Virus record (IMG/VR): IMGVR_UViG_3300008448_012223
DNA: 64,000 nucleotides
Origin: a virus
Direction: 5' to 3' (one strand)
Made by a program: the position numbers and the translations under genes
In this document: positions 47,468-57,234 of the stretch, piece by piece
How positions within the stretch are numbered: the stretch's first letter is position 1
Layout of the letters: the number at the start of each line of letters is the position of its first letter
Notes under the pieces: model-generated
Told to the model about the DNA's origin: nothing
The model's input: the letters and a program-made list of their open reading frames with translations, nothing else
The model's database searches: none

Positions 47468-48630
47468 TCGGCCCAGGGGTTCCCATTAATCTCAATTGTT
47501 TCTTCTTCTACAATTTCCGCAGTACACGGGCCAACACTCTTTGTGTTGCTGAAGTCACCCTCATTGAGGACATTAATCTCATCAACAGGATTAATCTGCT
47601 GCCAGTATTTGCGTGCTGCCTTAATAGCTCCTAAGTCAGGAATCTCCTTAACTGCGAAGTTTAGTGATGCCTTGGGGTTCTTATCTTCTGGATTAGGCGG
47701 CACGATACTAATGATAATAGTCTGAAAATAAGGACTCATCTTCATTGCAATAGTATCGCGTTTGCCAACAGGAGCATTATTGAAGTCCTTGCTGTGCTTG
47801 TAGATGAGATTATTGACCATAGCCTCATAACCAACACTAGTCCACTGTTTAGTTGAGGCATCCCAGATACCACGGCGAGTAGACTTTGCCTTGAGGGGAA
47901 TGATTAGGATGAAGCCAGTATCATCCATGAGTTCCTTCACTGTATAGTCAGTGAAGGTAGATGTGACCTTGCCCCCCTTATTAGACAATACACGAGTGGT
48001 GAAGCCTGTAACATAGAAGATAAGCTGGCCCGTCGGGCTACAGGTAACAGGGCGGTCCTTACCTTCTACCTCTTGACTATGCAGGCCTGCGCGAATACAT
48101 TCACTACAGGTCATGCCCTTCTTACCAACTAGACCTAGCTTATCGACAATAGGTAGAGGGCGATTAGGTGGATCTCCATATTCAGTTACGCCCTTGAGAC
48201 ATACGTTCTCAGGGAGGGCCTGGATTAGTTTAATGCTACCATCAGGATAGGCACGCTTATATCCCACACTATTGCAGAAGCGCACATATTTACTATTAGC
48301 TTCATCCCAATAGCTGTGGTCTAACTGCGCCTGGTGCTGTAGTATTACGCCCTGTAACCGTACAATCACACCATTCACGCCCTCGAATTGTTCGAATAAC
48401 TTCTGGTCATCCTGGCCTGGGTAGGCCCAGCGCATCTCTTGGCTATCTTGATAACTAGCGCTATTGAGGCGGCGGACGACAATATCCTTAGGCAGCGAGG
48501 TAAAGTATGTATTAAGGCTGCTCTTCGATGTGTTGATATCAATAGTATCAGTGATGGTATTGATATCAATGTTCAGTTCAGCAGCTAAATCAAGATAATC
48601 GTTATCGACATTAAGTAATAAATCAGACAT
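47464..48630 (-). CDS. Hypothetical replication-module protein (possible ssDNA-binding)
   Basis: 388-aa ORF with acidic C-terminus EIVEEETIEINGNPWAE; context only. Confidence 0.4.
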   Translation of the reverse strand: MSDLLLNVDNDYLDLAAELNIDINTITDTIDINTSKSSLNTYFTSLPKDIVVRRLNSASYQDSQEMRWAYPGQDDQKLFEQFEGVNGVIVRLQGVILQHQAQLDHSYWDEANSKYVRFCNSVGYKRAYPDGSIKLIQALPENVCLKGVTEYGDPPNRPLPIVDKLGLVGKKGMTCSECIRAGLHSQEVEGKDRPVTCSPTGQLIFYVTGFTTRVLSNKGGKVTSTFTDYTVKELMDDTGFILIIPLKAKSTRRGIWDASTKQWTSVGYEAMVNNLIYKHSKDFNNAPVGKRDTIAMKMSPYFQTIIISIVPPNPEDKNPKASLNFAVKEIPDLGAIKAARKYWQQINPVDEINVLNEGDFSNTKSVGPCTAEIVEEETIEINGNPWAE

Positions 48631-48753
48631 ATTCGTGTAGATGTATGTGGTGTATATCTGGTTTAGGTGGACCAGTAACCTTATAGACGCGACTAATCGA
48701 TGCGATAGCCGTAGTTATGTGGCAGGAGCCAGCACTCGGTAAGATAGATTCTC

Positions 48754-49440
48754 CTAGTTCAGAAGTGTATCAAGAAAGGCGAGGTCGTTTTCTGATGGGG
48801 TGGGCCCCACTCTAGCTATCCACTCCTCTAGCGCTAGTGCCAGCCAGGTAGAGCGCGGACCGCCTGCTCTAATACAGGCAGCTACTCTCTCTATAGCAAC
48901 ACCTATACTATCAGTGCGGCTATTAGACATCAATGCTACATATACCTCACTATCTAGGTTAAGTATGTGGCGGGCCCCACGACCCAGGCGTACTCGATTA
49001 CTCCGAGTACTAGGCCCGACCCAATCTGCTGGCTTACCAGTCTCCTTATAGAGCAGGCTGAGTATTAATAGCTCTGCTCCCAGGCGACGAGGGGCCATAT
49101 GATAGGCTCGCCATAGATTAAGGCGCCCCTGCTGTGTGAGTACGCCCCCTACCTTATTCAGGATAGCCTGATACTGATTGGGGTCTACCTCATAACTTGT
49201 ACCGCGAGCGGCCCATGCAGCTGGTATCCTATCGAAGACGAGATAGGCGGTGTTACCCTCTACCTGTGTCACGTGATCAATAGTGGGGGGCCCCTCCCAT
49301 ATAACCACCACTGGCTCTAGGAAGTTGCCCCACTCGAGACAAGATGCATCGTGTCCTACTAGAGGAGTAATGCCCTGCTGCCGCAAGTGATAGTTGAGTA
49401 GAGTGATAGGTGTAGTAGTCAGGTATATCACTGCAGCCAC
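48754..49440 (-). CDS. Hypothetical protein, possible clamp-loader accessory (delta-like) subunit
   Basis: GTG start overlapping the clamp-loader gene; size and position. Confidence 0.3.
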   Translation of the reverse strand: MAAVIYLTTTPITLLNYHLRQQGITPLVGHDASCLEWGNFLEPVVVIWEGPPTIDHVTQVEGNTAYLVFDRIPAAWAARGTSYEVDPNQYQAILNKVGGVLTQQGRLNLWRAYHMAPRRLGAELLILSLLYKETGKPADWVGPSTRSNRVRLGRGARHILNLDSEVYVALMSNSRTDSIGVAIERVAACIRAGGPRSTWLALALEEWIARVGPTPSENDLAFLDTLLN

Positions 49441-50531
49441 CTCAGTCCCGTACCTTGAGTTAATAGCAGGGGTACGGGGGACACCACACTAGTACCCAGA
49501 TGGGCTAGTAGAACAGCCTCCAGTGGGTATGACTTATTACCCCACCAGCGGGCTAGGTCAGCAAGTAATCGTTCTATAGAGGGATTAGGTCCAGTAATTC
49601 TATTAATTATATCCTCCACTAGAAGGCCTGCGATTACCTCCCCATTAACGTCGAGTCGCCACATCTTGATATAAGCGCGGACGGCTCTCACATCACTGAG
49701 GGCTAGGGCGCTCCAGAATGCAGCTCGGCCCTCTATAGTAGCGCCACCTGCCAGTTCATCATAAACTAGGTCATAGGTGATATCCTCCACTGTATTAACT
49801 AGTAGTAGTCGTTCTAGAAGAGACCACGCTCTACCAGCGCTACCGGCCAGTTTAACGAGGGCCTGAGCTGCCTCCAGCTCTATCTTCATTATATCACAAA
49901 TACGCCCCGCCATATCATCAATGGGGGGATTAGATAGCGGTACCTCTAAGCAACGGCGCTCTATGGCCTGGCTCGTCACCTTATTAGCCATTAGCTTCTG
50001 CTTATCCATAGTGCAGAGGATCCAACTGGTATGATTGGGGCCGAACTCAATGGCTTCTAGTAATAGAGATGCCAGCTCAGGGCTGATACGCTGAAATTCA
50101 TCGAGGATGATGAACTGGCGATACTGATCTTCTCTATCCCCTACTATTACAGGACTGGCATAGGCTATATCCAAGAAGCGCTCTATATGAGGCCGGGCCT
50201 CAGTAGGGCTACTGATAGTATAATGATAAATATTAGTGGTATCAGTACCCAGACATACGGGGCACTCACCGCAGCCCTCCCAGCTACCGGGCTCACGGTT
50301 AGGACAGAGAGTGCTACGAGCATATAGTAGAGCTAGTGTAGTCTTACCACAACCAGGCGGACCCCACATTAATATATTCCCCGCCGAGTAAACATTATTA
50401 CCTGCCGAGCTATGCAGATTTCTGCTGATAAGGGCCTTAACTAGCGAGATAGCCAATCCGCCGCCTACATAGTCAGCTAGTCGGCGGGGCCTATGTTCAT
50501 TAGATAGACTATTAGTCATAGGGACGCACAC
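49428..50531 (-). CDS. Clamp loader AAA+ subunit (DnaX gamma/tau-like)
   Basis: EHRPRRLADYVG, GPPGCGKTTLA, Zn cluster C...CGECPVC, ILDEFQRI, ILCT, ERRC. Confidence 0.85.
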   Translation of the reverse strand: MCVPMTNSLSNEHRPRRLADYVGGGLAISLVKALISRNLHSSAGNNVYSAGNILMWGPPGCGKTTLALLYARSTLCPNREPGSWEGCGECPVCLGTDTTNIYHYTISSPTEARPHIERFLDIAYASPVIVGDREDQYRQFIILDEFQRISPELASLLLEAIEFGPNHTSWILCTMDKQKLMANKVTSQAIERRCLEVPLSNPPIDDMAGRICDIMKIELEAAQALVKLAGSAGRAWSLLERLLLVNTVEDITYDLVYDELAGGATIEGRAAFWSALALSDVRAVRAYIKMWRLDVNGEVIAGLLVEDIINRITGPNPSIERLLADLARWWGNKSYPLEAVLLAHLGTSVVSPVPLLLTQGTGLRWLQ

Positions 50532-50742
50532 AGATAATACATACTAGGGTGAAGACTATGACAGCAATTGTACCTATTTCCAGAGGAGTGAACCCCTGTT
50601 TAGCGAGGTCAATAGTACGTTCAGTAAGACCATAGGTGGCCCCAATTAATAGGTACCAGTACGCTAGATTCTTAATATTCATGTCAAACGATAATAGTGA
50701 TGTGTCCTTCTTGATTATCTTGGGGCAGTAGATTGCGCGCAA
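50512..50742 (-). CDS. Small membrane protein
   Basis: Two hydrophobic segments; start likely internal (MNIKNL). Confidence 0.4.
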   Translation of the reverse strand: MRAIYCPKIIKKDTSLLSFDMNIKNLAYWYLLIGATYGLTERTIDLAKQGFTPLEIGTIAVIVFTLVCIICVRPYD

Positions 50743-50947
50743 TTCTCCAGATCAATTTAGTCTCCTCGATATTAAAGTTAGCGGATATCATGTACGTGTC
50801 AGTAACGTCAGAGTTATAGAGGGGCGCTAGGAGACAGGGTTGCTTATTATCGTGCCAGTAATGAACGACTATACTCTTGATACCCAGAAGGCGCAACTTA
50901 TTGAATAAGGCGGCCCGCTCTGTGACATGTTTATTTTGTGTTTGCAT
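50684..50947 (-). CDS. Hypothetical protein
   Basis: 87-aa coupled ORF. Confidence 0.45.
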   Translation of the reverse strand: MQTQNKHVTERAALFNKLRLLGIKSIVVHYWHDNKQPCLLAPLYNSDVTDTYMISANFNIEETKLIWRIARNLLPQDNQEGHITIIV

Positions 50948-51686
50948 AGTTCAGTATCTCTTGCTTGATGGTATTTATATCCTTCCTGAAGTACCACATC
51001 ATACTACCTACAGGGACGGGGTTCCACATACGAGTCTTAACTATCTTATCGATGTCATTATCTCGCAGGGTTTTCTTACTACGTAGTAGGGCCTCGAGGT
51101 CACGTTTAACATCCTCTTCATCTATAGTAGTCTTATAGAAGACACCTCTCTCTACTTCTACTGGATTAAACGTAGTTACAGTAGGATGGCCCCGCCAGTT
51201 ATAGACAGCCCCTCTGTAATTGGCTATAGTGGCGTCGAGACCGTGTATGGCCTTAACTGCCTCGCTACCTGCTAGTAATAGAGGTACGCCAGTCGGTAGT
51301 GCTGTGAGCTCAGGGAGTAGCCAGGTATCCCGACAGCGGGAGCGATGAATATCTTTAACTGTCTTGTCTCGAGGGGAGCACTTTATAGCATTAGTAAAAT
51401 ACACTAGCTCATTAATGGGGGGCCCATCCCACGTGGGGTCACATTCTATAGCCCAATATAAGCAACGCCGGAGGAAGGCCCCGGCACCACCAGTATCCTC
51501 ATTGTTAGTGCCGGGAGCGAGGCTCATCTTAGTGGCCTCCTCCCGTTTACCAGGATAGGCTGAGATAGCTACCAGTATTACATCCTTAATAGGTCTCTCA
51601 GACTGACCACTCACTGCCTGCCTAGTAGATAGACTACATACGGTACACTGCGGGTTGAATTGTACGGCTCGGTATAGCGCTGTCAT
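50931..51686 (-). CDS. Uracil-DNA glycosylase-like protein (family 4 / SPO1 pol-associated)
   Basis: CTVCSL, YPGKREE, YFTNAIKCSP, CRDTWLLPE, LAGSEAV, TTFNP. Confidence 0.75.
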   Translation of the reverse strand: MTALYRAVQFNPQCTVCSLSTRQAVSGQSERPIKDVILVAISAYPGKREEATKMSLAPGTNNEDTGGAGAFLRRCLYWAIECDPTWDGPPINELVYFTNAIKCSPRDKTVKDIHRSRCRDTWLLPELTALPTGVPLLLAGSEAVKAIHGLDATIANYRGAVYNWRGHPTVTTFNPVEVERGVFYKTTIDEEDVKRDLEALLRSKKTLRDNDIDKIVKTRMWNPVPVGSMMWYFRKDINTIKQEILNYANTK

Positions 51687-51687
51687 A

Positions 51688-52770
51688 TTAAGTCTGAATT
51701 TCGAAGCTTTCGGGATCTATGCCATTATTGAATTCGATTACAGCTTCGCGGGCTGAGGTGTGCGCGGGATCAACACGTACTGCATGGTAGTGATTAGTGC
51801 TAGGGCAGCGCATGGTTAGAATATGCGCGTCCTCGCCACCGAAGTCACCACGGATGATGTGTAGCTCGTACTCATTACCGGAACCTACGTAGCTAGTAGT
51901 ATTATAGGTGCTGATGATCTCACTATCCAGGCGCGATAAGATATTCTCGTAGCCCAGCGCCTCAATGAGGATACGGCGGTGCTCAGAGTTCATACCCTTC
52001 TCATCATCAAGTAACCATTTGGGATCCCAGGTAGAGCTATGACACTGCATGAAGGCCGGTAACGGGATACCGTGCCATAACCACAATTCAACGCCATCAG
52101 AGAATTTAATCGCGGGCTCACCATCGCAATGAATATCGCCGTCTAGAGTATAATGTACCTTGGGCCGCTCACATACAATACATAACTCTTCATAGGTGTA
52201 TACCCACGATAAGTTCTCAGCAATGAGCATATACTTATCGTAATCCTCCATAGTCACGCCGAGTACCTCGACGCTGAAGTTAGCGAATGCAGCAAAGCTC
52301 ATACGGCACTCGTAAGAGAAGTGACCATTAGCAATATAATTGCTACACTCCTTATCCTTAATAGGATCAATGGGGCCCCGCTCTGCAACATAAGCATCGA
52401 CGAGTTTCTGGAGTACGGCCTCGTTCTCAGGAGTAGCGGGCTTACGCTTAAAGAACTCCTTGATTAATGTGAGTTCAGTCTTAGTAAACTTAGTTTTAGT
52501 CTTCTTACCACTAACGACACTCTGCTCTTCCTCCTCAGCTTTATTGAGAAGAGCAATAATACTGGCCGCCATGATGGGCGAGCTAGTGAAGATAGTACGC
52601 GGACAGTCGAGATCTCCTAAGTCACAGTGCTTCTTGAGTAGGGCATATAGTTCAGTAACCGCTTGGCGGGCTAGGACTTTATCGAAGGGGCGATCTACCA
52701 TACGGATCCAGCGCTCCTTGTAGGTAGGGATTAGCTGTTCATGTTCCGGAGTTAATTCAAGATAAGTCAT
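51688..52770 (-). CDS. DUF6745-like protein
   Basis: IHCDGEPAIKFSDG...WHG, NSEHRRILIEALG, MRCPST...VRVDP. Confidence 0.7.
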   Translation of the reverse strand: MTYLELTPEHEQLIPTYKERWIRMVDRPFDKVLARQAVTELYALLKKHCDLGDLDCPRTIFTSSPIMAASIIALLNKAEEEEQSVVSGKKTKTKFTKTELTLIKEFFKRKPATPENEAVLQKLVDAYVAERGPIDPIKDKECSNYIANGHFSYECRMSFAAFANFSVEVLGVTMEDYDKYMLIAENLSWVYTYEELCIVCERPKVHYTLDGDIHCDGEPAIKFSDGVELWLWHGIPLPAFMQCHSSTWDPKWLLDDEKGMNSEHRRILIEALGYENILSRLDSEIISTYNTTSYVGSGNEYELHIIRGDFGGEDAHILTMRCPSTNHYHAVRVDPAHTSAREAVIEFNNGIDPESFEIQT

Positions 52771-52785
52771 TGAAAAATTGGGTTT

Positions 52786-53017
52786 GAAATCCCGCCCCTT
52801 AGCGATAGTGGAGGGCGACTTTACATAAATTAATAAGAAACAATTAAAACGCTAGAACAACGAATTAACTGAATCTTGCTAACAGCTATCTGTCCCAATC
52901 GTTTCCAACTGGTATCGCTTACAGATAGCTGTTTTTCCATTAACATAACCAAGTCTCTACTTGCGTTGCCTAGATCAATTTAGGCAAGCCCTGTTGCTTT
53001 AGGGCGTGGCTAGTTAC
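52786..53017 (-). mobile_element. Non-autonomous IS200/IS605-superfamily remnant with a HEARO/omegaRNA-like 5' end
   Basis: Minus strand begins GTAACTAGCCACGCCCTAAAG...GGGCTTG and ends in hairpin CGCCCTCCACTATCGCTAAGGGGCGGGATTTC; internal 12-bp perfect stem acagctatctgt/acagatagctgt; no ORF. Confidence 0.55.
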
Positions 53018-53031
53018 CTCTTGCAAAGGTC

Positions 53032-53427
53032 TTATTCAGCTACTTGCCGAGCAAAGTTTCCGTTGCCTCCCGCCCCTGTCCAAAATTCCTGCTTCCACAC
53101 AGATATTTCAGCCTTTTTGATGGCAATTTCCCATTCTAAGTCGGCTATTTCTCGCTCGAGTTCAACAATTTTACTATTAACTTGCTTTAAATCGGCGATA
53201 ATTTCTTGTTTACTGCGTCTATCGTAGATAGCTAGTTCATCCTCTTGTAATTTCTCAAGGATAGAGTTTAGGAAAGCGGTTAAATCGGCCGAGGGATTGT
53301 CCATATTACCTAAACGCATTAAGATCTGTACCGCTTTGACAACGTCTTGCTGATAAGCTTCTTTGGAGGGGTAATCTTGGGGTTTTTTGAGATCTAAAGC
53401 GTCAATGATAGCGTCAATGATATTCAT
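53032..53427 (-). CDS. Coiled-coil hypothetical protein, host-like composition
   Basis: 131-aa ORF lying between two usually adjacent genes. Confidence 0.55.
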   Translation of the reverse strand: MNIIDAIIDALDLKKPQDYPSKEAYQQDVVKAVQILMRLGNMDNPSADLTAFLNSILEKLQEDELAIYDRRSKQEIIADLKQVNSKIVELEREIADLEWEIAIKKAEISVWKQEFWTGAGGNGNFARQVAE

Positions 53428-53542
53428 ATTTCAGGTTATGAGGGTTAAATGCGAAACTGTGATTATGTCACACTTATGCCGTCGAGTGTTGCCAAAAAGG
53501 CCGGCACTAGGCCGGCCACGGTAGAGGTTACAGTAATTAGTA

Positions 53543-53917
53543 CTAGTCGGCTACAGAGCGGAAACCAGAAGGAGTATACTCTTGCTGAATACCGATCTTG
53601 TAGAGCCCCTGCTTAAAGATAATGGGACCGTGTTCTTCGTGCTGAAGACGGGCCGTACTATCATTTACGCGGAGGTACAGAGTGCCGCTGTCATCAAGAC
53701 GGAAGAGTTCAGCAGCCTTATTTTCACCGATGATTGCATTGTTATTGCCCGTTTCAACAGGAACAACCTGATGTTTATGGCCAGTGACTTCACCGTATGC
53801 TAAGACAGTATTATCAACACGAGTAGCTTTCGATAAGTCAATGCTGTCTTCTGGAATACGTTGAATAAGTACGTCACCTTGACGAGCGAATTTATTGAAA
53901 GTAGGAATAGTAGACAT
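53543..53917 (-). CDS. DUF6745 partner protein (RQGDV...GEVTGHxH family)
   Basis: RQGDVLI, LAYGEVTGHKH, HEEHGPI, QQEY. Confidence 0.7.
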   Translation of the reverse strand: MSTIPTFNKFARQGDVLIQRIPEDSIDLSKATRVDNTVLAYGEVTGHKHQVVPVETGNNNAIIGENKAAELFRLDDSGTLYLRVNDSTARLQHEEHGPIIFKQGLYKIGIQQEYTPSGFRSVAD

Positions 53918-54014
53918 TGATTATAACTCCGAGAATTTACTGACCCCACGGACTGGGGATATTGACAATTAACCTAGTTTTTGATTAAACCGGGTTGACT
54001 AGGAACCCGGGCTG

Positions 54015-55118
54015 TTACCTTACTACGGTAACATTCTCAGTGAGTAGAGCTCTAGTAGATAAGCCATTAACTTCCTTCTCTAGGAGAAGTATAGATATAG
54101 CCTTATCTCCTATTATAAAGGCTCTAACAGTAAGTTGGATAGGTCCCTCTCCTCGTAGGACTGTTGTAAGATCACAGGCCCGCAGATTAATAGAGGCCTC
54201 ACCAGTAATAGTGCACGGTATAGAAGCGGGCTCCCCTGCACCCTGCACCAGTAAATTATTATTAGTGAAGTGCAGTTGTATGGCCTGCCCCACACTGGCT
54301 CCTGTACTCTGCCAATTGATAGCACCCAGTAGTAATCGAGTATCGATTGTAGTTGATGCACGGAACTCAGCATCAGGTGCTCTATCGAAGTGGGGTATCT
54401 TATCTGCTTCCTTACCGGTGAGTATAGTGAGGGAGCCCCGCGCGCTATCTAATATTAGTCGACGAGGAGCGCGGCCCACTGATAAGGTGAGGGGGCTCTC
54501 TAGATAAGATACTAACTGAAGCTGACGGGAGGTCAGATTAGCAGACCAACGAGCAATTGGGTTATCAGCCCACGATACCTGTACATAAGCACTAGCTGCT
54601 ACACGACGGGTAAGAGAGCAGCCATCAGGCGTGATATCCAGACGTATGTGATTCTCCTTACTCTTATAGTCAGTTATGAGTCGCATAGCCCCGGCTATCA
54701 GATTACTATCTAGTATACCCTCGCTCTCTAGTACCACAGGAGTAGCAGGAGAGCCACTATAGATAGGAGTAGAGTTAGTACCATACGCACCTAGTCTATA
54801 GACTATCTTATCCTCTTCTATATCGATAACAAGCGAGGTAGGTGTACCCATACGACAAGTTAGATTAAGGAGGGGCCCGCCAGGTACTAGGATATCTGCA
54901 TCATCTGCCTGCACTGGTAGTTTGAGTATTAGGCTATGAGAGCCCAGGTGATTACCACTCAGTTGCATTTGTCCTTTACCTATAGTCATACGCACACAAG
55001 ATGCGTCAGCTCGCGGGCTGTCTTTATCTAGACAGGACACTACTGCCTTTAATGCGGCTACGTACTGAGGTATATTAATTTGGGCTACCGATACCGTCAT
55101 TACCGTCATCATCTTCAC
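54015..55118 (-). CDS. DNA polymerase III beta-like sliding clamp
   Basis: ca. 360 aa, three-domain periodicity, ILVPGGPLLNL and SINLRACDL patterns; near the clamp loader and PolA. Confidence 0.55.
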   Translation of the reverse strand: MKMMTVMTVSVAQINIPQYVAALKAVVSCLDKDSPRADASCVRMTIGKGQMQLSGNHLGSHSLILKLPVQADDADILVPGGPLLNLTCRMGTPTSLVIDIEEDKIVYRLGAYGTNSTPIYSGSPATPVVLESEGILDSNLIAGAMRLITDYKSKENHIRLDITPDGCSLTRRVAASAYVQVSWADNPIARWSANLTSRQLQLVSYLESPLTLSVGRAPRRLILDSARGSLTILTGKEADKIPHFDRAPDAEFRASTTIDTRLLLGAINWQSTGASVGQAIQLHFTNNNLLVQGAGEPASIPCTITGEASINLRACDLTTVLRGEGPIQLTVRAFIIGDKAISILLLEKEVNGLSTRALLTENVTVVR

Positions 55119-55647
55119 TAGAATCTGTATTGAGTGAAGAGAAGTCTAGGATATCCATATTATCACCGTCGAGGGTAATGCCCTGACTGACTAGATCTTC
55201 TATGACCTCTCTTTTCCTATTTTTTGCGTAGCTTTCAGTATAGCTATTAAGCACATGCACAGCCCGCCCTGCTCGACCTAGGAACTTATCCATCTTCTCC
55301 TTATTTAACGTAGCGTAGTTAAAGGCGGCCCTGTACTCTAAGACTATAGCTACATCATTTAGGTCATGTTTTATATAGGTATAGAGATAGCCAAAGTCTA
55401 ACACTAGGGCCATATGCTCAGACATAACCAACATATCCGCATGACTCATTGGGTTAAACTGTACCCATTCGTAACGAAACTCACCGATACCGGTATCACT
55501 TACGATATCCAAATAAGTCCTATCATTAATAGCTACCTGCTGAGCAAAATCGTCTGTTAGTGGGAAGTTACTTAATGAAGCCTCGATGGCCTTCATGGGG
55601 TTATATAGCCTCAGTAATTGTAATAGTTTATCCATTAATGTGACCAA
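55075..55647 (-). CDS. Hypothetical protein
   Basis: 190-aa coupled ORF with acidic tail. Confidence 0.5.
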   Translation of the reverse strand: MVTLMDKLLQLLRLYNPMKAIEASLSNFPLTDDFAQQVAINDRTYLDIVSDTGIGEFRYEWVQFNPMSHADMLVMSEHMALVLDFGYLYTYIKHDLNDVAIVLEYRAAFNYATLNKEKMDKFLGRAGRAVHVLNSYTESYAKNRKREVIEDLVSQGITLDGDNMDILDFSSLNTDSSEDDDGNDGIGSPN

Positions 55648-56516
55648 TAGCGGTGTATATTTGGCTTAGCCCGACATGGTATATCGGAGCCCAGCACATC
55701 CTTAAGTATATAGTTACCTGCGCTCTCCATCTGATATAATGCAGCAGCGGCATAACGTTGTGCCAGCATAAACTCATCGAGCTGCTGACCAGTATAGTAG
55801 TCCTGATCCAAGATAGGTACTACTCGAGAGTTAACTACTTGCCATGCCACATAGCCCGGCACTAGTAGATTGATTTCATCGTGAGTAGCGTTGATAATAC
55901 TGGCCCGCCGTTCTCCTGCATCTATAGTCTCTATGGCCTGCCTTACTCGCGGTAGCGAGATCTTCAGCATCTCACTACCTGAGCTCTGGATAACAGAATT
56001 AACTGCCTTTCGCCGCGTAGTACTCTTACCAGCTATACCCTTAGCATTATCCTCATTGACATTGATGAAGCGGCCCATAGCGCTACGAACCCATCGAGTA
56101 CGAGAACATAGGCTCCCCGTAATCTCAATCCAGGTATAGAGGCCATGGAAACCTGTGAAGTATTGCTTGAGTAAGCGACCTGCCTCCTTGTCATCACAAT
56201 TGAGGTCTGCTGCTAAACTACTAGCGCTACCACCATATATCACCTTGAAGTTCATAATCTTACCCTTCTTCCGCCAGGGCGAGATGACAGGATCATCTGC
56301 ACTCACAGTCCAGGGCTCGTGTGTCATGCGCCTCTCTATATCCTTATTCAGGAACGTACTAGCGACTAGGTGCTGATCTACCTTGGGGTCAGTATAAGTT
56401 AGACCCTCAGGCGATAGGGGGAGGGGTCGTATACCTCTATGGTACTCATCTTCGAGTACGTAAATCTCTGTAATAGCAGAATCCTTACTGAAGGCCCCCG
56501 CCAATCTTAACTCTTG
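55635..56516 (-). CDS. polA: DNA polymerase A, C-terminal gene, exon 2
   Basis: QELRLAGAFS (second half of motif A), RKKGKIMNFKVIYGG (motif B), ATHDEI (motif C). Confidence 0.85.
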   Translation of the reverse strand, partial: QELRLAGAFSKDSAITEIYVLEDEYHRGIRPLPLSPEGLTYTDPKVDQHLVASTFLNKDIERRMTHEPWTVSADDPVISPWRKKGKIMNFKVIYGGSASSLAADLNCDDKEAGRLLKQYFTGFHGLYTWIEITGSLCSRTRWVRSAMGRFINVNEDNAKGIAGKSTTRRKAVNSVIQSSGSEMLKISLPRVRQAIETIDAGERRASIINATHDEINLLVPGYVAWQVVNSRVVPILDQDYYTGQQLDEFMLAQRYAAAALYQMESAGNYILKDVLGSDIPCRAKPNIHRYWSH

Positions 56517-57023
56517 CCTCCGCTGTCACGGATGGACCATCTCTTCACCATCTCTACTAGGTTTAGGTGTTCCACGTATGGTCTCTACACGGTAACACGT
56601 CTATCAATGGGTAGTAGCCCTACTGACGTGTTACTCGCTCGGGATTGGGAGAGAGTCCTTTCCCCGAGTTAGTGGAATATTACCTTGCCGGTTTCCTAGC
56701 AAGCGAGCCAAATTTATCTCTCTTTCTATATAGACAGATACATGCATCATACTGATTTTTAAATGGATATAATCCCAAGAACCAGCAAACTCGTTTAAGT
56801 CCCTTCGACCACTACTAATAACATAACTTGGCTTTATCCAACGCCTTACCAATAAGGCTTAGAGTTAATCCAGACTAGGGAAGTATCTGGAAGTCTGTAG
56901 CAATTAGCAGCTCAATGGTCTATTCACCTCTTACGTCCTCAGAATTGGTTCTGGCAATCCTCGTCATGAAAGGGGCGAGGTTAGTGATGTCGATGTCTAT
57001 ATCTGTCTATGGACAGTTAGCTA
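56517..57023 (-). ncRNA. Group I intron (507 nt) within PolA motif A
   Basis: Exon ends in U (TCG AGT), intron ends in G before CAA GAG; P7 GACCAT/ATGGTC, GTGTAGAGAC and GAAGAGATGGTCC core, AATCCCGAGCGAG; splicing restores DFSS|QELR. Confidence 0.85.
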
Positions 57024-57104
57024 ACTCGAGAAGTCTACGCTTACCCATGCATAGCCCGGTGGGGCCTGCAGAGCAAAGCGACTATTCATCTTTATTTTCG
57101 TCAT
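57024..57104 (-). CDS. polA: DNA polymerase A, C-terminal gene, exon 1 (27 codons)
   Basis: MTKIKMNSRFALQAPPGYAWVSVDFSS. Confidence 0.8.
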
Positions 57105-57234
57105 GTCTATATTGACTGAGGTCTATTACTCTAACCCTACCAGTATTAACATCATATAATAATGCCGTATCCCTCTCAGAGGGATAACGGTTGGTTAGTA
57201 TACGCCGTAATCGTTTACTACTAATTGTCTTCAA
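57082..57234 (-). CDS. 50-aa ORF bridging the two PolA genes
   Basis: GAGGAGG-9 nt-TTG; MKTISSKRLRRILTNRYPSERDTALLYDVNTGRVRVIDLSQYRHDENKDE*; overlaps both PolA parts. Confidence 0.45.
   Translation of the reverse strand: MKTISSKRLRRILTNRYPSERDTALLYDVNTGRVRVIDLSQYRHDENKDE

Noticed and set aside
53995-54507. 170-aa + strand ORF and other antisense ORFs in the track (e.g. 19322-19957, 6335-6769)
   Set aside because: They lie fully antisense to well-supported genes and are explained by codon bias.
56631-56852. Intron-encoded homing endonuclease
   Set aside because: Only a 73-aa frame running into the intron core, with no complete LAGLIDADG, HNH or GIY-YIG motif. At best a remnant.
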